This document shows, piece after piece, positions 1 through 10,012 of a DNA stretch of 64,000 nucleotides. Source of the stretch: an uncultured Thermoplasmata archaeon. GTDB lineage: Archaea; Thermoplasmatota; Thermoplasmata; Lutacidiplasmatales; UBA184. The position numbers were made by a program, and so were the translations under genes. Each line of letters starts with the position of its first letter. Position 1 is the stretch's first letter. Location: the NCBI GenBank assembly GCA_963730815.1, contig CAVSTD010000011.1:41168-105167 (forward strand), written 5' to 3'. A model generated the notes under the pieces. It did not search any database and was not told the DNA's origin. It saw only the letters and a program-made list of their open reading frames with translations.

Positions 1-219
1 TCCAGCGCCGCCGGCGAACGGAGGGGGGTTCGGCGCGGGGTCATCGGTTCGTGAACGTGACCGGGTCCCATCGGTGACGCTCCCGCTCCGTCCCTGTCCC
101 ATCACTGCCCTCTTCGAGCGAGGAAGGCCCACGGACCGATATTGGCTGCGCGGTAAGTCTTTCGGAGCTCGAGCGGGAGCGCCGCCAAACCAAGTTCCTA
201 CGTTCCAGCGACCTGGGGG

Positions 220-1488
220 ATGTCGTTCGAGCAGGACCCGCACGTTGCCTCCCGAGCGGAAGGGTTTACTCTGGTTCGCCGTCGGGGGTGTGTGCGACTC
301 GTCCTGTCGAGCCACAGTTACTTTCCCGCCGTGGGGGGAGTGGAACGGCTCATCCAAGGACTCGCTGAAGGAGCCGCGCAGCACGGGATCGATACCTTCG
401 TCGTGACCCGCCAGGATCCGGGGACTCTCCGTCGCGAAGAGCTCCACGGGGTCACGATCGTTCGGATCCCGATGGTCCGGGTCGGGGGCTTTCACGTTCC
501 CCGGGACTACCTCTCGACCTTACGGGACCTCCGTCCCGACGTCCTGCACCTCAGCGGGAACCGGGTCTGGTCGGCGGACTTCTACCTACCGTTCGCCGGA
601 ACGTTCGGTTGGGCCCAGGTGATGACCGGTCACGGGTTCTACCAATACGAGATGCACCGTCGACCGTGGGACACGTGGTATTTCGAGAACTACCTTCCCG
701 GCCGAATCCGTCATTTCGAGGTCTACGCCGCCAGCATCGAGCACGAGCGGACCCAGCTCGTGAACTGGGGGGTCGCTCCCGGTCGAATCGAGCTCGTGCC
801 CGACGGGATAGCGCTGGAGGAGTTCAACGAGCCGCGCTCGGACCCGGCGGTCGTCCGCGCGCGATGGGGGCTCAAGTCCGCCCACTTCGCGTTCTATGCG
901 GGGGGGTTTTACGAGAACAAGCGGGTCGACCGTCTCGTGCGCGCCGTGGCGGCCACGGGAGGAACTTGGGGCCTCGTCGCCACCGGCCGCGACCTTCCCG
1001 ATTCTCCGTGCAGCCGGGAGAGAGTGAGCCGCCTGGCCGCGGAAGCACGAGCGCCCGCGGTCTTCCGGGACGTTGTGCCCCGGTCGGAATTCCTGGATTC
1101 CATTTCGGCCGCCGACGTGGTCGTGCTCGGAAGCTCGTACGAGGGGTTTGGACTCTTCCTGCTCGAGGCCATGGCCATGGGCCGGCCGTTCGTGGCGTAT
1201 CGGACGGGCGCGGTGCCCGAACTCGCGGCCCAGGGAGCCGGGTTCTGCGTCGACTCGGAGCCCCAGTTCCTGGAGGCGCTCCGTCGGCTCGAGGATCCGG
1301 GGCTTCGCGCGCAGATGGGGGCGCGCGGACGGGAGGTCGTCCGGGACTATTCCATCGAGAAAGTGGTGGGTCGATATCTCGCAGTTTACGAGCGCGCGAT
1401 CGCCGCGCATAAGGACCGGGCAGGGGAGGGGCATCCCGGGTCCGGTCTCGGGAAAGCCGGGCCGCTGGAGCGAGGAAGCGGGCCGTGA
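220..1488 (+). CDS. Glycosyltransferase family 4 (GT-B fold; start uncertain, possibly a GTG near 290)
   Basis: N-terminal 'VRLVLSSHSYFPAVGGVERLIQGLAEGAAQHG' and C-terminal 'VLGSSYEGFGLFLLEAMAMGRPFVAYRTGAVPE' are typical GT4 donor-binding signatures (EX7E-like). Confidence 0.7.
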   Translation: MSFEQDPHVASRAEGFTLVRRRGCVRLVLSSHSYFPAVGGVERLIQGLAEGAAQHGIDTFVVTRQDPGTLRREELHGVTIVRIPMVRVGGFHVPRDYLSTLRDLRPDVLHLSGNRVWSADFYLPFAGTFGWAQVMTGHGFYQYEMHRRPWDTWYFENYLPGRIRHFEVYAASIEHERTQLVNWGVAPGRIELVPDGIALEEFNEPRSDPAVVRARWGLKSAHFAFYAGGFYENKRVDRLVRAVAATGGTWGLVATGRDLPDSPCSRERVSRLAAEARAPAVFRDVVPRSEFLDSISAADVVVLGSSYEGFGLFLLEAMAMGRPFVAYRTGAVPELAAQGAGFCVDSEPQFLEALRRLEDPGLRAQMGARGREVVRDYSIEKVVGRYLAVYERAIAAHKDRAGEGHPGSGLGKAGPLERGSGP

Positions 1489-2444
1489 GCGTTCCGACGG
1501 TCTCCGTCATCGTCACGGCGCACCGGCGGACCAAGTTTCTCGCCGACGCGCTGCACTCCATCAAGCGACAGACCCAGCTTCCGGACGAGGTGGTCGTGGT
1601 CGAAGACAACCCACCGTACGGAGCGCCGTCGATCGACCCTCCCGGACTGCCGTACCGTTGGACGAACCGAGGAGACCTACCGACGATGGGGGACAAGGTC
1701 GCGTTCGGGTTGTCCCTGGCCCGGGGCGACCTCGTGGCCTTCCTGGAGGACGACGATCGATTCGACCCGGAAAAGATTGTCCACGTGGTCGAGGTTTTTC
1801 AGGACCACCCGGAGGTCGTCTTTCTCCGGAATCGGCTCGCGTACATCGGCCCGAACGGAGATCCGCTTCCGCCGCCTTCGCCGATCCGATACCATCCCGA
1901 AGGTCTCGTCCCGCCGATTCCGAGCGCGATGTCTCGGGGATTGATGACCCTCAACATGTCGGCGATGTCCGTGAGGAGAAGCGTCTACTTGCCGGCCCTC
2001 GGCTTCTACCGGGACTGCAGCGTATCCGCCGACATCGTGACCTACTGGCTATCGGCGTACCTCGGGGGGTCCGCGTGGTACTCTCCCCGACCCCTCACCG
2101 AGTACCGATTCCACGGCCAGAATGCGAGCCAGACTCGGGTCGTCGAGGTGACCCTCTCCTCCCACGACCTCTCCCGACGGTTGGTCACGAAGTCCCGCCC
2201 CGGGACGCCCGCGTTCCGTCTCGCCCAGTCGATCGAGCGATCCCAGCGGGTCGGGTCGGCGATGGCGTCGGGGCGGTTTCCGGGACCGTCCGACCTCGTC
2301 GGACAAACTTGGGACGCGGTCGTCCGGCTTTCGGCCATTCACTTTCTTCGAGTCCTTAGTGTGTATCGTTCCTGGGAGAAATTCCACCGGTCGTCCCGGC
2401 CTGCGCACACGCCTGGCCGGGTAGAGGATCGCATCGGGCGCTAG
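1485..2444 (+). CDS. Glycosyltransferase family 2
   Basis: 'VSVIVTAHRRTKFLADALHSIKRQT...VVVVEDN' and the DxD-like 'FLEDDD' motif; 4-nt ATGA-type overlap with the upstream GT4, suggesting an operon. Confidence 0.75.
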   Translation: MSVPTVSVIVTAHRRTKFLADALHSIKRQTQLPDEVVVVEDNPPYGAPSIDPPGLPYRWTNRGDLPTMGDKVAFGLSLARGDLVAFLEDDDRFDPEKIVHVVEVFQDHPEVVFLRNRLAYIGPNGDPLPPPSPIRYHPEGLVPPIPSAMSRGLMTLNMSAMSVRRSVYLPALGFYRDCSVSADIVTYWLSAYLGGSAWYSPRPLTEYRFHGQNASQTRVVEVTLSSHDLSRRLVTKSRPGTPAFRLAQSIERSQRVGSAMASGRFPGPSDLVGQTWDAVVRLSAIHFLRVLSVYRSWEKFHRSSRPAHTPGRVEDRIGR

Positions 2445-2701
2445 CCTCCGTCCGCGCCGCCGACCCTCGGCCTCGGCGGCCGGAGGAGGGGAGGCTCTCC
2501 CGCATCCGGGGGCTCGGACCGAGCCGAGCCGCGCAGAGCGGTAGGCCGGCCGCTCCGGCAGTATGGACGGTCCGATGGTCAGTGGGGCTGCCCGAATTTG
2601 AATCGGGGTCCCGAGCTCCCAAAGCTCGAAGGATGGACCAGTAGAGCGGACCGAGGTGTCTGCCTCATGTCCGTAGCTACCCCACAGCCCCGCATCGACA
2701 A

Positions 2702-3130
2702 CTATACCGCGTCTACCCGTTTCAACGTTCGGCCGATCAGGCACTCCGCCGGTTCGTCGTCGACCCGTTCAATCCGGTAACGCTGCTTTTGAGGCAACGA
2801 TGGCCCGGCGCAGATCGACCAGTTCGGGCAGTCAAGACGACGGCACGGATACCGACCCGTTTCGACCGAGCTTCCCACCACGGCACTCCGTGCATCCACC
2901 ACCAGCGGCCTCGCCGCCGGTCGAACTTCGACCACGTGGGCCTCGCTTTCCTGCAGGGCGCACGGGTGGGTCACCGGCCGAACCCGGGTCACGGAGTACT
3001 GCCGGCCCGGGTCGAGGGTGAGGCAGGCGTGCCGATACGGGCAGGTCCGGCAGATCGGAGCCCCGCCCTGATAGACGAATTGGTAGCCTTCGTGGGCCTC
3101 GGCGGTGGCGAGAAGGGTGATCTCCGCCAT
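2702..3130 (-). CDS. Conserved archaeal Cys-rich protein (UPF0179-like)
   Basis: 142 aa; 'GYQFVYQGGAPICRTCPYRHACLTL' CxxC...C cluster and overall pattern recalled for the UPF0179 family; identity by memory only. Confidence 0.4.
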   Translation of the reverse strand: MAEITLLATAEAHEGYQFVYQGGAPICRTCPYRHACLTLDPGRQYSVTRVRPVTHPCALQESEAHVVEVRPAARPLVVDARSAVVGSSVETGRYPCRRLDCPNWSICAGPSLPQKQRYRIERVDDEPAECLIGRTLKRVDAV

Positions 3131-3131
3131 C

Positions 3132-4240
3132 CTAACCGATCACCCCGGTGACGGTCGCGAGGCGCTCCGCGGCCTCGCGGGTGAGCCCATTGTCTCCGAG
3201 GATCGTGTAGCGGTCCGGGCGGATCGTGTGGGCCATGACGAGCGCCTTCACGACCTCCTCGTTGCGGACCCCGAGCTCGCGCGCGGTGGTGGGAGCGCCG
3301 ATCGTGAGCAACGAGTTCTTGAGGCGTCTCCAATCGCCGCCGTGCAGGTACATCATCATGATCGCGCCCACGCCGCATTGTTCCCCGTGGAGGCTCGGGT
3401 GCTCGCTCACCCGGTCGAGCGCGTGGCTGAAGAGGTGCTCGCTCCCAGAGCACGGGCGGGAAGAACCGGCGACGCTCATCGCGATCCCGGCCACGAGGAT
3501 CGGCCGGATCGCGATCCACACCGATTCCTCGAGGTTCGGTTTGATAGAGGACGCGTGGTCCATGATCTCCTGGGCCGCGTACTCGCTCAGGGTCGCCGCG
3601 GTGCTCGAGTATTCCTCGTTCCTCAGTCGGACCGCGAGCCTCCAGTCGAGCGTGGCCGTCAGGTTCGAGATGACGTCGGCGCACCCGGAGGCGAGCAGTC
3701 GGAACGGGGCCTGGACGATCAATTGAGTGTCGGCGATAACTCCGATCGGAACCGCGCCCTCGGTGCTCGTAATGCTCGTGGTGCCATGAAGCGAAGCTCG
3801 GGGCGAAGAGATCCCGTCGTGGGCGGCGGACGTCGGAAGGCTCAGGAACGGGATGTGATACCGAGCGGCGATGACCTTGGTGATGTCGATTTTGCTCCCG
3901 CCTCCGGCCCCGACCAGGAATTCGGCCCCGGCGGAGCGCACTTCCTGGGCCACTCGGTCGACCTCGGGCTCGGTCGCTTCGTGGGCGATGATCGTAGTGA
4001 CCTGGAATCCCCCTTCCCCGAGGATGGTCGCGGCCCGCGCCGGCGATCTCGGCGGTCTTCGGGCCCGTCACCACAGCGCCGCGGTGAGGGAATCCGAACT
4101 GCCGGCAGGTGGTCGCCAGCTCGTCGAGGACCCCGTGTCCGACCAGGTACGATCCGGGGGAAGACCATCCCCTTCGCCTTGCCGAACACCGATTCATACC
4201 CCGGCATCACGGTGCGAGAGGACGGTTCCGGGGTTGCCAT
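3132..4240 (-). pseudogene. egsA: Glycerol-1-phosphate dehydrogenase [NAD(P)+] (EgsA/G1PDH), reading frame broken twice near the 5' end (likely sequencing indels)
   Basis: Frame 3: 'AEFLVGAGGGSKIDITKVIAARYHIPFLSLPTSAAHDGISSPRASLHG'. Frame 2: 'GHGVLDELATTCRQFGFPHRGAVVTGPKTAEIAG'. Frame 1: 'MPGYESVFGKAKGMVFPRIV'. Spliced together these reconstruct a canonical G1PDH N-terminus. Confidence 0.7.
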
Positions 4241-4306
4241 AGGTCGGCGTCCGAACGACGGCGCGTGCCTCTTTAGCCTAACTGCCGGCGCGTCCGAGGG
4301 GGCGCC

Positions 4307-4936
4307 TTAGCGGCCGGGGACGTCGCCCCAGAGGACCTTGTGCTCTTGGAGCATCACGCGAACGTCCAGATGGTCGTCGAGGACCCAGTCCGCCAATCGG
4401 CCGGCGTCGGAACCCCACACCGGCTGGAAGAGGAGGTTCGCGGGCCCCCGGTAGCGCCGAACGACCCGGCGCGCGTAGAGGTAGTCCTTTCGGTCGGCGA
4501 TGACAAACTTGAGGACGTCGCGGGACCGGAGTTTGGGAAGATTCGTCCAGCGGTTGTGGCTCTGCATCTTCGACGACAGGCACTTTACGTCGACGCTCAG
4601 GATGACTTCGGGAATTTTGAGGTACGGGGAGATGTCGAGGGACCCCCCTGTTTCGATGACGGTCGAGACCCCTCGTTTCGCTAGTCGTTCGACGAGCTCG
4701 ACCGACTCGCCTTGAAGTAGCGGCTCGCCCCCGGTGAGACAAACGTGACGAGTTCGGTTTCGTCGTACCTCCGCGAGAAGCGAATCGATCGATCGTGTCT
4801 TTCCGGGTCCGAACGAGTATGGTGTGTCGCACCAGGAGCAGCGCAAATTGCACCGTGCGGTCCGGATGAACGTGGTGCGGAGACCGGTGAGCGGCCCCTC
4901 GCCCTGCAGCGAGTGGAATACCTCGATAATCTGCAC
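4307..4936 (-). CDS. queE: 7-carboxy-7-deazaguanine synthase QueE (radical SAM), probable GTG start
   Basis: 'VQIIEVFHSLQGEGPLTGLRTTFIRTARCNLRCSWCDTPY' matches the QueE CxxxCxxC + SxQGEG signature. The 409-aa ORF (4307..5536) was trimmed because its N-terminal half overlaps leuS and is RPGA-rich. Confidence 0.7.
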   Translation of the reverse strand: MQIIEVFHSLQGEGPLTGLRTTFIRTARCNLRCSWCDTPYSFGPGKTRSIDSLLAEVRRNRTRHVCLTGGEPLLQGESVELVERLAKRGVSTVIETGGSLDISPYLKIPEVILSVDVKCLSSKMQSHNRWTNLPKLRSRDVLKFVIADRKDYLYARRVVRRYRGPANLLFQPVWGSDAGRLADWVLDDHLDVRVMLQEHKVLWGDVPGR

Positions 4937-5041
4937 GGCCGTCGCTAGGAGGTCCGAGGGCCTAAAGCGACTCCGGTGGGAGGCGAGGAGCGCCCCGGTC
5001 GGGAAACCCCTCAAATACGGAGCTCGTGTCGATGGCCGCGT

Positions 5042-7930
5042 ATGGATGCCACCCGGGTCCGTTACTGGCAAGACGCCTGGGCCCGAGCGGGCATCGCGAC
5101 CGGCCAGCGAGTGCCCGGTCGAGGCAAGTTCTACGCCCTGAACGCTTACCCCGGGCCGAGCGGGTTCCTGCACGTCGGCCACCTTCGTGCCTACCTGTAC
5201 GTCGACGCGCTCCACCGATATCACCGCATGTTGGGCGAATCGGTCCTTCTGCCCTTCGGGATTCACGCCTCTGGTCTTCCCGCCGTGACCTGGGCCCAGC
5301 GCGTCAAGGACCGCGACCCCCTCATCCTCCAGCAGCTCGAGGAATCCGGAGTCCCGGCCGCCGAACTCGCCCGGCTCGAGGACCCGGAAACTGCCGCTCG
5401 GTTTCTGGGAGAGATCTACCGAGCCGTCCTGCGTTCGATCGGCGTCCTGTTCGATGAGACCACCTATCTCACGACGGTCGACGAAGATTACCGCGCCTTC
5501 ATTCGCTGGCAGTTCCGCGCGCTCGAGCGATCCCATGCTCTCGTCCGGGGAACGTACACTGCTTCGGTCTGCCCCGTGTGCGGGCCGGTCGCCGTCGACC
5601 CGTCGGAGACCGACCTCTCAGCCGGCGGTGACGCTGAGGTTCTCCGGTTCAACACCGTCCCTTTCCGACTGGGCGACGGACGCATTCTCCTCGCTGCCAC
5701 CCTGCGGCCCGAGACGGTCTACGGGGTCACCAATCTGTGGTTAGCTCCGGGAGCAAAACTGGTCGTTTGGCACCTTGACGGTCAATCCTTCCTGGCCGCT
5801 CGACCGGGGGCGGAACGACTCGTGGAGCAGCACGGAGGTCACCTCGGCCACGAGGTGCCCGGAAGCGAGCTTCTGGGGCGGAACGTCGCCGTACCCTTGG
5901 CCGGGACGAAGGTCCCCATTTTGGAGAGCGCGTTCGTCAATCCCTCGGTGGGAACGGGGGTCGTCATGAGCGTTCCCGCCCACGCCCCGGCAGACGCCAT
6001 GGCCCTGACTACTCTCCCTGAATCCACACGCGTTTCCCTGGGGCCACCGCCGGTCCTGCTGGAGGTCCGCGCGAACGTGGCGTTGACCGCCTCCGAGACG
6101 CAGCTCCAAGCCGGGAGCGGAACTCCGGCCGAACGCGCCCTCCGAGCCACCGGCGCGAAGGGCCCTTCGGACGCCTCCGCCTTGGAAGAAGCGACCGAGC
6201 GCCTCTATCGACTCGAGTTCGTCCGGGGCCAGATGACGATCCCCGCTCTCGCGGGGGTGCCGGTCCGAGAGGCCCGAATTCGAGTCGTGGAAACGCTGGC
6301 CCGGGAAGGACCCACGTTCGAGCTGCAGGAATTTTCGAAGCCGGTCATCTGCCGGAACGGCCACGAGGTCGTCATTCGAAAAGTGCCGGACCAATGGTTC
6401 CTCGCCTACGGAGACCCCGAGTGGAAGGCCCTCACTCGCGAATCGCTGACGGGGCTCGTCACTTGGCCCAGCGACTACGGCCGCGAGCTCCCCGGCATCC
6501 TCGACTGGTTCGGCGACCGACCGTGCACGCGAAAAGGTCGGTGGCTCGGCACGCCGTTCCCGCTCGACCCCCAGTGGCTCATCGAGCCCATCGCGGATTC
6601 GACGTTTTACATGGCCTACTTCATTGTCCGTCGATTCGTTTCGGCGGGGCGGCTAACGCTCCCCCAGTTGACCCCCGCCTTCTTCGATTACGTCTTCTTG
6701 GGAGAAGGTCCCGGCGAATCCACCGTCGAGCGCCTGCTTCTCGAAGAGGTTCGGGCGGAGTTCCTCTACTGGTATCCGGTCGACTTCAACCTCGGCGGCA
6801 AGGAGCACAAGCGGGTTCACTTTCCCGTCTTCCTGTACACTCACGCTAGACTCCTGCCTCCTCCCCTGTGGCCCCACGGGATCTATGTCAACGGCTGGAT
6901 CACTGGCCCCGGGGGCGGCAAGGTCTCGAAGAAGGACGTCTCGAGGCAGGGAGGGAGCATCCCGCCGATCGGTCAGGCGCTCGAGACGTGGGGTCCGGAC
7001 GCACTGCGACTCTTCTACGCCATCGCGGCCTCTCCGGCACAGGACATTGTCTGGGAGCCGTCGCTGGTCGAGTCCGCAGCGAGCCGCCTCTCCGAGGTGG
7101 AACGGCTGATCCGCGAGGCGGGCGGAGACTGCTCCGGGCCCCCCGAGCTCGATGCCTGGCTCTACTCGGCCATGCACCGTGCGGTCCACGAGGTGCGGTC
7201 CGCCTACGAAGCGACCGATATTCGCGCTGCGGCCCAGGTCACCTACGTGGACCTTCCGGCCCTGCTCCGCCGATATTATGCGCGAGGTGGCGCCCCCTGC
7301 GAGGCCACCTCACGAGTCTCCCGGGCCTGGGTCCGCATGCTTGTCCCTCTCACTCCCCACCTCGCGGAAGAATTGGGCCAGACCGATCCCTCGCACCTCG
7401 TTTCGGCCGACCGGTTTCCCCGGGTCGAGGGATTCCCTCGTTCGGAATCGGCCGATGCCCACGAGGCGTTCCTTGACCGCGTCGAGGCCGACCTGCGCGC
7501 TGTTCTTCGTCCCGCCCAGGATCACGGAGAGGCGCCGGTGGAGGAAGCGATCTTCTATGTGGCCGAGCCGTGGAAGGCGACCGTCGAACGATGGTTGCGC
7601 GAGGCGGTCGAACGCGGCGAGGAACCGAGCATCCGGGACGTGATGGCACGCGCAGGGTCCGACCCTACGGTCGCCGCTCACAAAGCCGAGGTGGCGAAGT
7701 ACGTTCAGCGCGTCGGCCCCCTGATCCGGTCCGAGCCGCCAGCAGCGGGGCCGTCCGTGGACGAGGAAGGCGCGCTTCGGGGAGCGGAGGGCTATCTGGT
7801 GCGCCGGCTCGCCCTCGGCTCGATCCGAGTGACCCGGGAAAGTGAGGCGGCCGAATTCGACCCGCTCGGTCGGCGGGACCGGGCACGACCCGGCCGACCC
7901 GCGTTCTACCTTCGGCGGAGAAACGCCTAG
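5042..7930 (+). CDS. leuS: Leucyl-tRNA synthetase (archaeal type)
   Basis: 'YALNAYPGPSGFLHVGHLRAYLYVDALHRYHRMLG' (HIGH region, class I) and 'GGGKVSKKDVS' (KMSKS-like); ~960 aa as in archaeal LeuRS; ATG at 5042 preferred over the upstream GTG at 4976. Confidence 0.85.
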   Translation: MDATRVRYWQDAWARAGIATGQRVPGRGKFYALNAYPGPSGFLHVGHLRAYLYVDALHRYHRMLGESVLLPFGIHASGLPAVTWAQRVKDRDPLILQQLEESGVPAAELARLEDPETAARFLGEIYRAVLRSIGVLFDETTYLTTVDEDYRAFIRWQFRALERSHALVRGTYTASVCPVCGPVAVDPSETDLSAGGDAEVLRFNTVPFRLGDGRILLAATLRPETVYGVTNLWLAPGAKLVVWHLDGQSFLAARPGAERLVEQHGGHLGHEVPGSELLGRNVAVPLAGTKVPILESAFVNPSVGTGVVMSVPAHAPADAMALTTLPESTRVSLGPPPVLLEVRANVALTASETQLQAGSGTPAERALRATGAKGPSDASALEEATERLYRLEFVRGQMTIPALAGVPVREARIRVVETLAREGPTFELQEFSKPVICRNGHEVVIRKVPDQWFLAYGDPEWKALTRESLTGLVTWPSDYGRELPGILDWFGDRPCTRKGRWLGTPFPLDPQWLIEPIADSTFYMAYFIVRRFVSAGRLTLPQLTPAFFDYVFLGEGPGESTVERLLLEEVRAEFLYWYPVDFNLGGKEHKRVHFPVFLYTHARLLPPPLWPHGIYVNGWITGPGGGKVSKKDVSRQGGSIPPIGQALETWGPDALRLFYAIAASPAQDIVWEPSLVESAASRLSEVERLIREAGGDCSGPPELDAWLYSAMHRAVHEVRSAYEATDIRAAAQVTYVDLPALLRRYYARGGAPCEATSRVSRAWVRMLVPLTPHLAEELGQTDPSHLVSADRFPRVEGFPRSESADAHEAFLDRVEADLRAVLRPAQDHGEAPVEEAIFYVAEPWKATVERWLREAVERGEEPSIRDVMARAGSDPTVAAHKAEVAKYVQRVGPLIRSEPPAAGPSVDEEGALRGAEGYLVRRLALGSIRVTRESEAAEFDPLGRRDRARPGRPAFYLRRRNA

Positions 7931-7954
7931 TCGGCCCGAGACGGTCCCCGGCGG

Positions 7955-8545
7955 CTAACGATCGACCCGGGAATCGCTCGAAAGTCGCGAGTAAAGCAAC
8001 GTGGACCGCCAACGTCCGTTCTTCTTCACCTCGTCGCGCAGCCTCCCTTCGTAGCGAAACCCGCAGCGCTTCGCGAGCCGGCGCGACGCGAGATTCCCGG
8101 GAAAGATCCGGGCCTCGATCCGGTGGAGCCCAAGGCGACTGAATCCCGTGCGCACGAGAAGGTTCACGGCCTCGGTCGCATATCCCTGACCCCGATGTTC
8201 CCGGCCGATCCAATATCCCACTTCCGCCGACGAACCGCCCTCCTCAAGGTGGTGCAATCCGACGCCCCCCAAGAGGGTGCCATCTGCGCGTCGAACGATC
8301 GTGAGATTGAGGTCCCGACCCTTCCGTCGATTCTTCTTCGTCCTTCGGACCCACCACCTCGCGTCGCGGGCCCGGTAGGGATAGGGCATGTGGAGCGTCC
8401 AACGGGAGACCGAGGGTTCGTTGAGGAGTCGAACGAACGCGGGAATCTGACCGGCGACGGGAAAGGTCAGCTCGACCCGTCGTCCTCGAAGAGGGAACCG
8501 AAGTCGAGCGATCCGGCGGCCCGGCGAGCTTGGACGCCGGGTCAA
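7955..8545 (-). CDS. GNAT family N-acetyltransferase (RimJ/RimL-like)
   Basis: 'IVRRADGTLLGGVGLHHLEEGGSSAEVGYWIGREHRGQGYATEAVNLLVRTGFSRLGLHRIEARIFPGNLASRRLAKRCGF', classic GNAT motifs A/B. Confidence 0.7.
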   Translation of the reverse strand: MTRRPSSPGRRIARLRFPLRGRRVELTFPVAGQIPAFVRLLNEPSVSRWTLHMPYPYRARDARWWVRRTKKNRRKGRDLNLTIVRRADGTLLGGVGLHHLEEGGSSAEVGYWIGREHRGQGYATEAVNLLVRTGFSRLGLHRIEARIFPGNLASRRLAKRCGFRYEGRLRDEVKKNGRWRSTLLYSRLSSDSRVDR

Positions 8546-8549
8546 CCCG

Positions 8550-9116
8550 TCAGCTCCGACGCCGCCGGGGGACGCGCTTCGGGGGAAAATTGAGGAACAT
8601 GCGGGACGGCGTCGGATGGGCCGAAACCGTGCGGTACTTGGCCGACTTCTTTTTCGAATAGCTGTGCGCGACCCGACCCGAGATCTCGAAGTAGATCAGC
8701 TGACCGACCGGCATCCCCGAATAGATCCGAACCGGGACCTTGACGCTCATTTCGAGGGTCCAATAGTTGCAGAATCCTTCGTCGCCCTTGCCGGCTGTGG
8801 AGTGGATGTCGATGCCAAGGCGCCCCACGCTCGATTTGCCTTCGAGGAACGGGACGTACCCGTGGGTCTCGGTGTACTCCTCGGTCACTCCGAGATAGAG
8901 TTGTCCGGGGATGAGGACGTATCCGTCGCGCGGGATCCGGAACTCGGTGACCGGGTTGTTCTCGCGCGCGTCGAGCGCGGCGTCCCGGTAGACCGAAAGG
9001 TAGGGCCCGAGGTGCACGTCGTAGGAATTGGTCCCAAGACACTCCGGGCGGAACGGTCGGATGACGATGCGCCGGTCGCGCAGAGCTTCCCGGATCTTGA
9101 CGTCCGACAGGATCAT
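8550..9116 (-). CDS. dcd: dCTP deaminase
   Basis: 'MILSDVKIREALRDRRIVIRPF...GTNSYDVHLG...GQLYLGVTEEYTE...GKSSVGRLGIDIH' matches the dCTP deaminase/dUTPase superfamily. Confidence 0.75.
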   Translation of the reverse strand: MILSDVKIREALRDRRIVIRPFRPECLGTNSYDVHLGPYLSVYRDAALDARENNPVTEFRIPRDGYVLIPGQLYLGVTEEYTETHGYVPFLEGKSSVGRLGIDIHSTAGKGDEGFCNYWTLEMSVKVPVRIYSGMPVGQLIYFEISGRVAHSYSKKKSAKYRTVSAHPTPSRMFLNFPPKRVPRRRRS

Positions 9117-9145
9117 CGGGGGCCGGGCGCGCGGAGCCTCCCATC

Positions 9146-10006
9146 CTATTTAACAGGGGAGCGCTCGGCGGGGCTTTCGAAGACGATCGACGCGTAGCCT
9201 ACCACGTCGCGCATCTTCTCGACCTCACCGGAATGTCCCCACCGAAGGAGCCGGGGACGTACGTCGAGCCCTTCGAGCGCGGCGAGCAGGACCGTCGTGG
9301 GGGCGATCCCGCACATGGAGATGTCGTTCCGCCGGACCGTGTCGTAGAGACCCCGAGGGTCGCGTGCCAGGATCTGGTCGATCGCCAGACGGTCGAGGCG
9401 TTCCGCGGTCGCCGCGGGCACGTAATGGGAGAAATCCGTCGAGGCGATCACCAGCACGTCCCGATCCTGGATCGCTGCCCGGACCACTCCCGCGACCTCT
9501 TCCAAGAACTCGTACGGCCCATAGCCCACTTCGAGCGGGACGAAAAGAGGGTGCGGCAGGACGTACTCGAGGAACGGTAGTTGCACTTCGATCGAATGTT
9601 CCCGCCGGTGCGCCTCCTCGTCGACGTTCACCGGAGATTTTCGAAGTGCCGCCAAAAGCTTCGGGTCGACCGGGGTCGGTCCGAGCGGGGTGAGCCACGG
9701 TCGTTCGGACAACGATGCCCCCCGACTCGCTCCGTAATGGTCGACGCCGAGTACGAGCACGCTCTCGGGCGGTCGATCCGCCGCGATCAACCGGTACGCG
9801 TGCGCCGCGATCGGGCCGGAGAACACGTAGCCCGCGTGCGGAACCACCGCCGCTCGCACGGTTCGGTCGGCGGACCTCTGCCGCGTAGGAAGCGTCCCCG
9901 GTCCCCGCGCGTCCGTGAAGCAACTCTCGAGCTGGTGCGCGAGCGCTGCCCCGTCGCTCTCGTAGAACTGTCCGGCGACGGCGGGAGGGCGGGGCGTGGT
10001 CGGCAT
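9146..10006 (-). CDS. MEMO1 / AmmeMemoRadiSam system protein B family
   Basis: 'AGQFYESDGAALAHQLESCF' and 'AAVVPHAGYVFSGPIAAHAYRLI', the Memo-like His/HAGY signature. Confidence 0.7.
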   Translation of the reverse strand: MPTTPRPPAVAGQFYESDGAALAHQLESCFTDARGPGTLPTRQRSADRTVRAAVVPHAGYVFSGPIAAHAYRLIAADRPPESVLVLGVDHYGASRGASLSERPWLTPLGPTPVDPKLLAALRKSPVNVDEEAHRREHSIEVQLPFLEYVLPHPLFVPLEVGYGPYEFLEEVAGVVRAAIQDRDVLVIASTDFSHYVPAATAERLDRLAIDQILARDPRGLYDTVRRNDISMCGIAPTTVLLAALEGLDVRPRLLRWGHSGEVEKMRDVVGYASIVFESPAERSPVK

Positions 10007-10012
10007 CTGTCC

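Noticed and set aside
2585-2630. tRNA-like T-arm on the minus strand ('CCCGA-TTCAAAT-TCGGG' followed by 'CAGCCCCA')
   Set aside because: No complementary 5' acceptor strand (GGGGCTG) or D/anticodon arms could be found within 90 nt upstream; the 53-61 pair would be A-U. Treated as a fortuitous hairpin in the GT2/UPF0179 convergent gap.
4937-5536. N-terminal 200-aa extension of the 409-aa minus-strand ORF containing QueE
   Set aside because: Overlaps leuS on the opposite strand, is RPGA-rich/low complexity, and QueE homology begins at the GTG near 4936.
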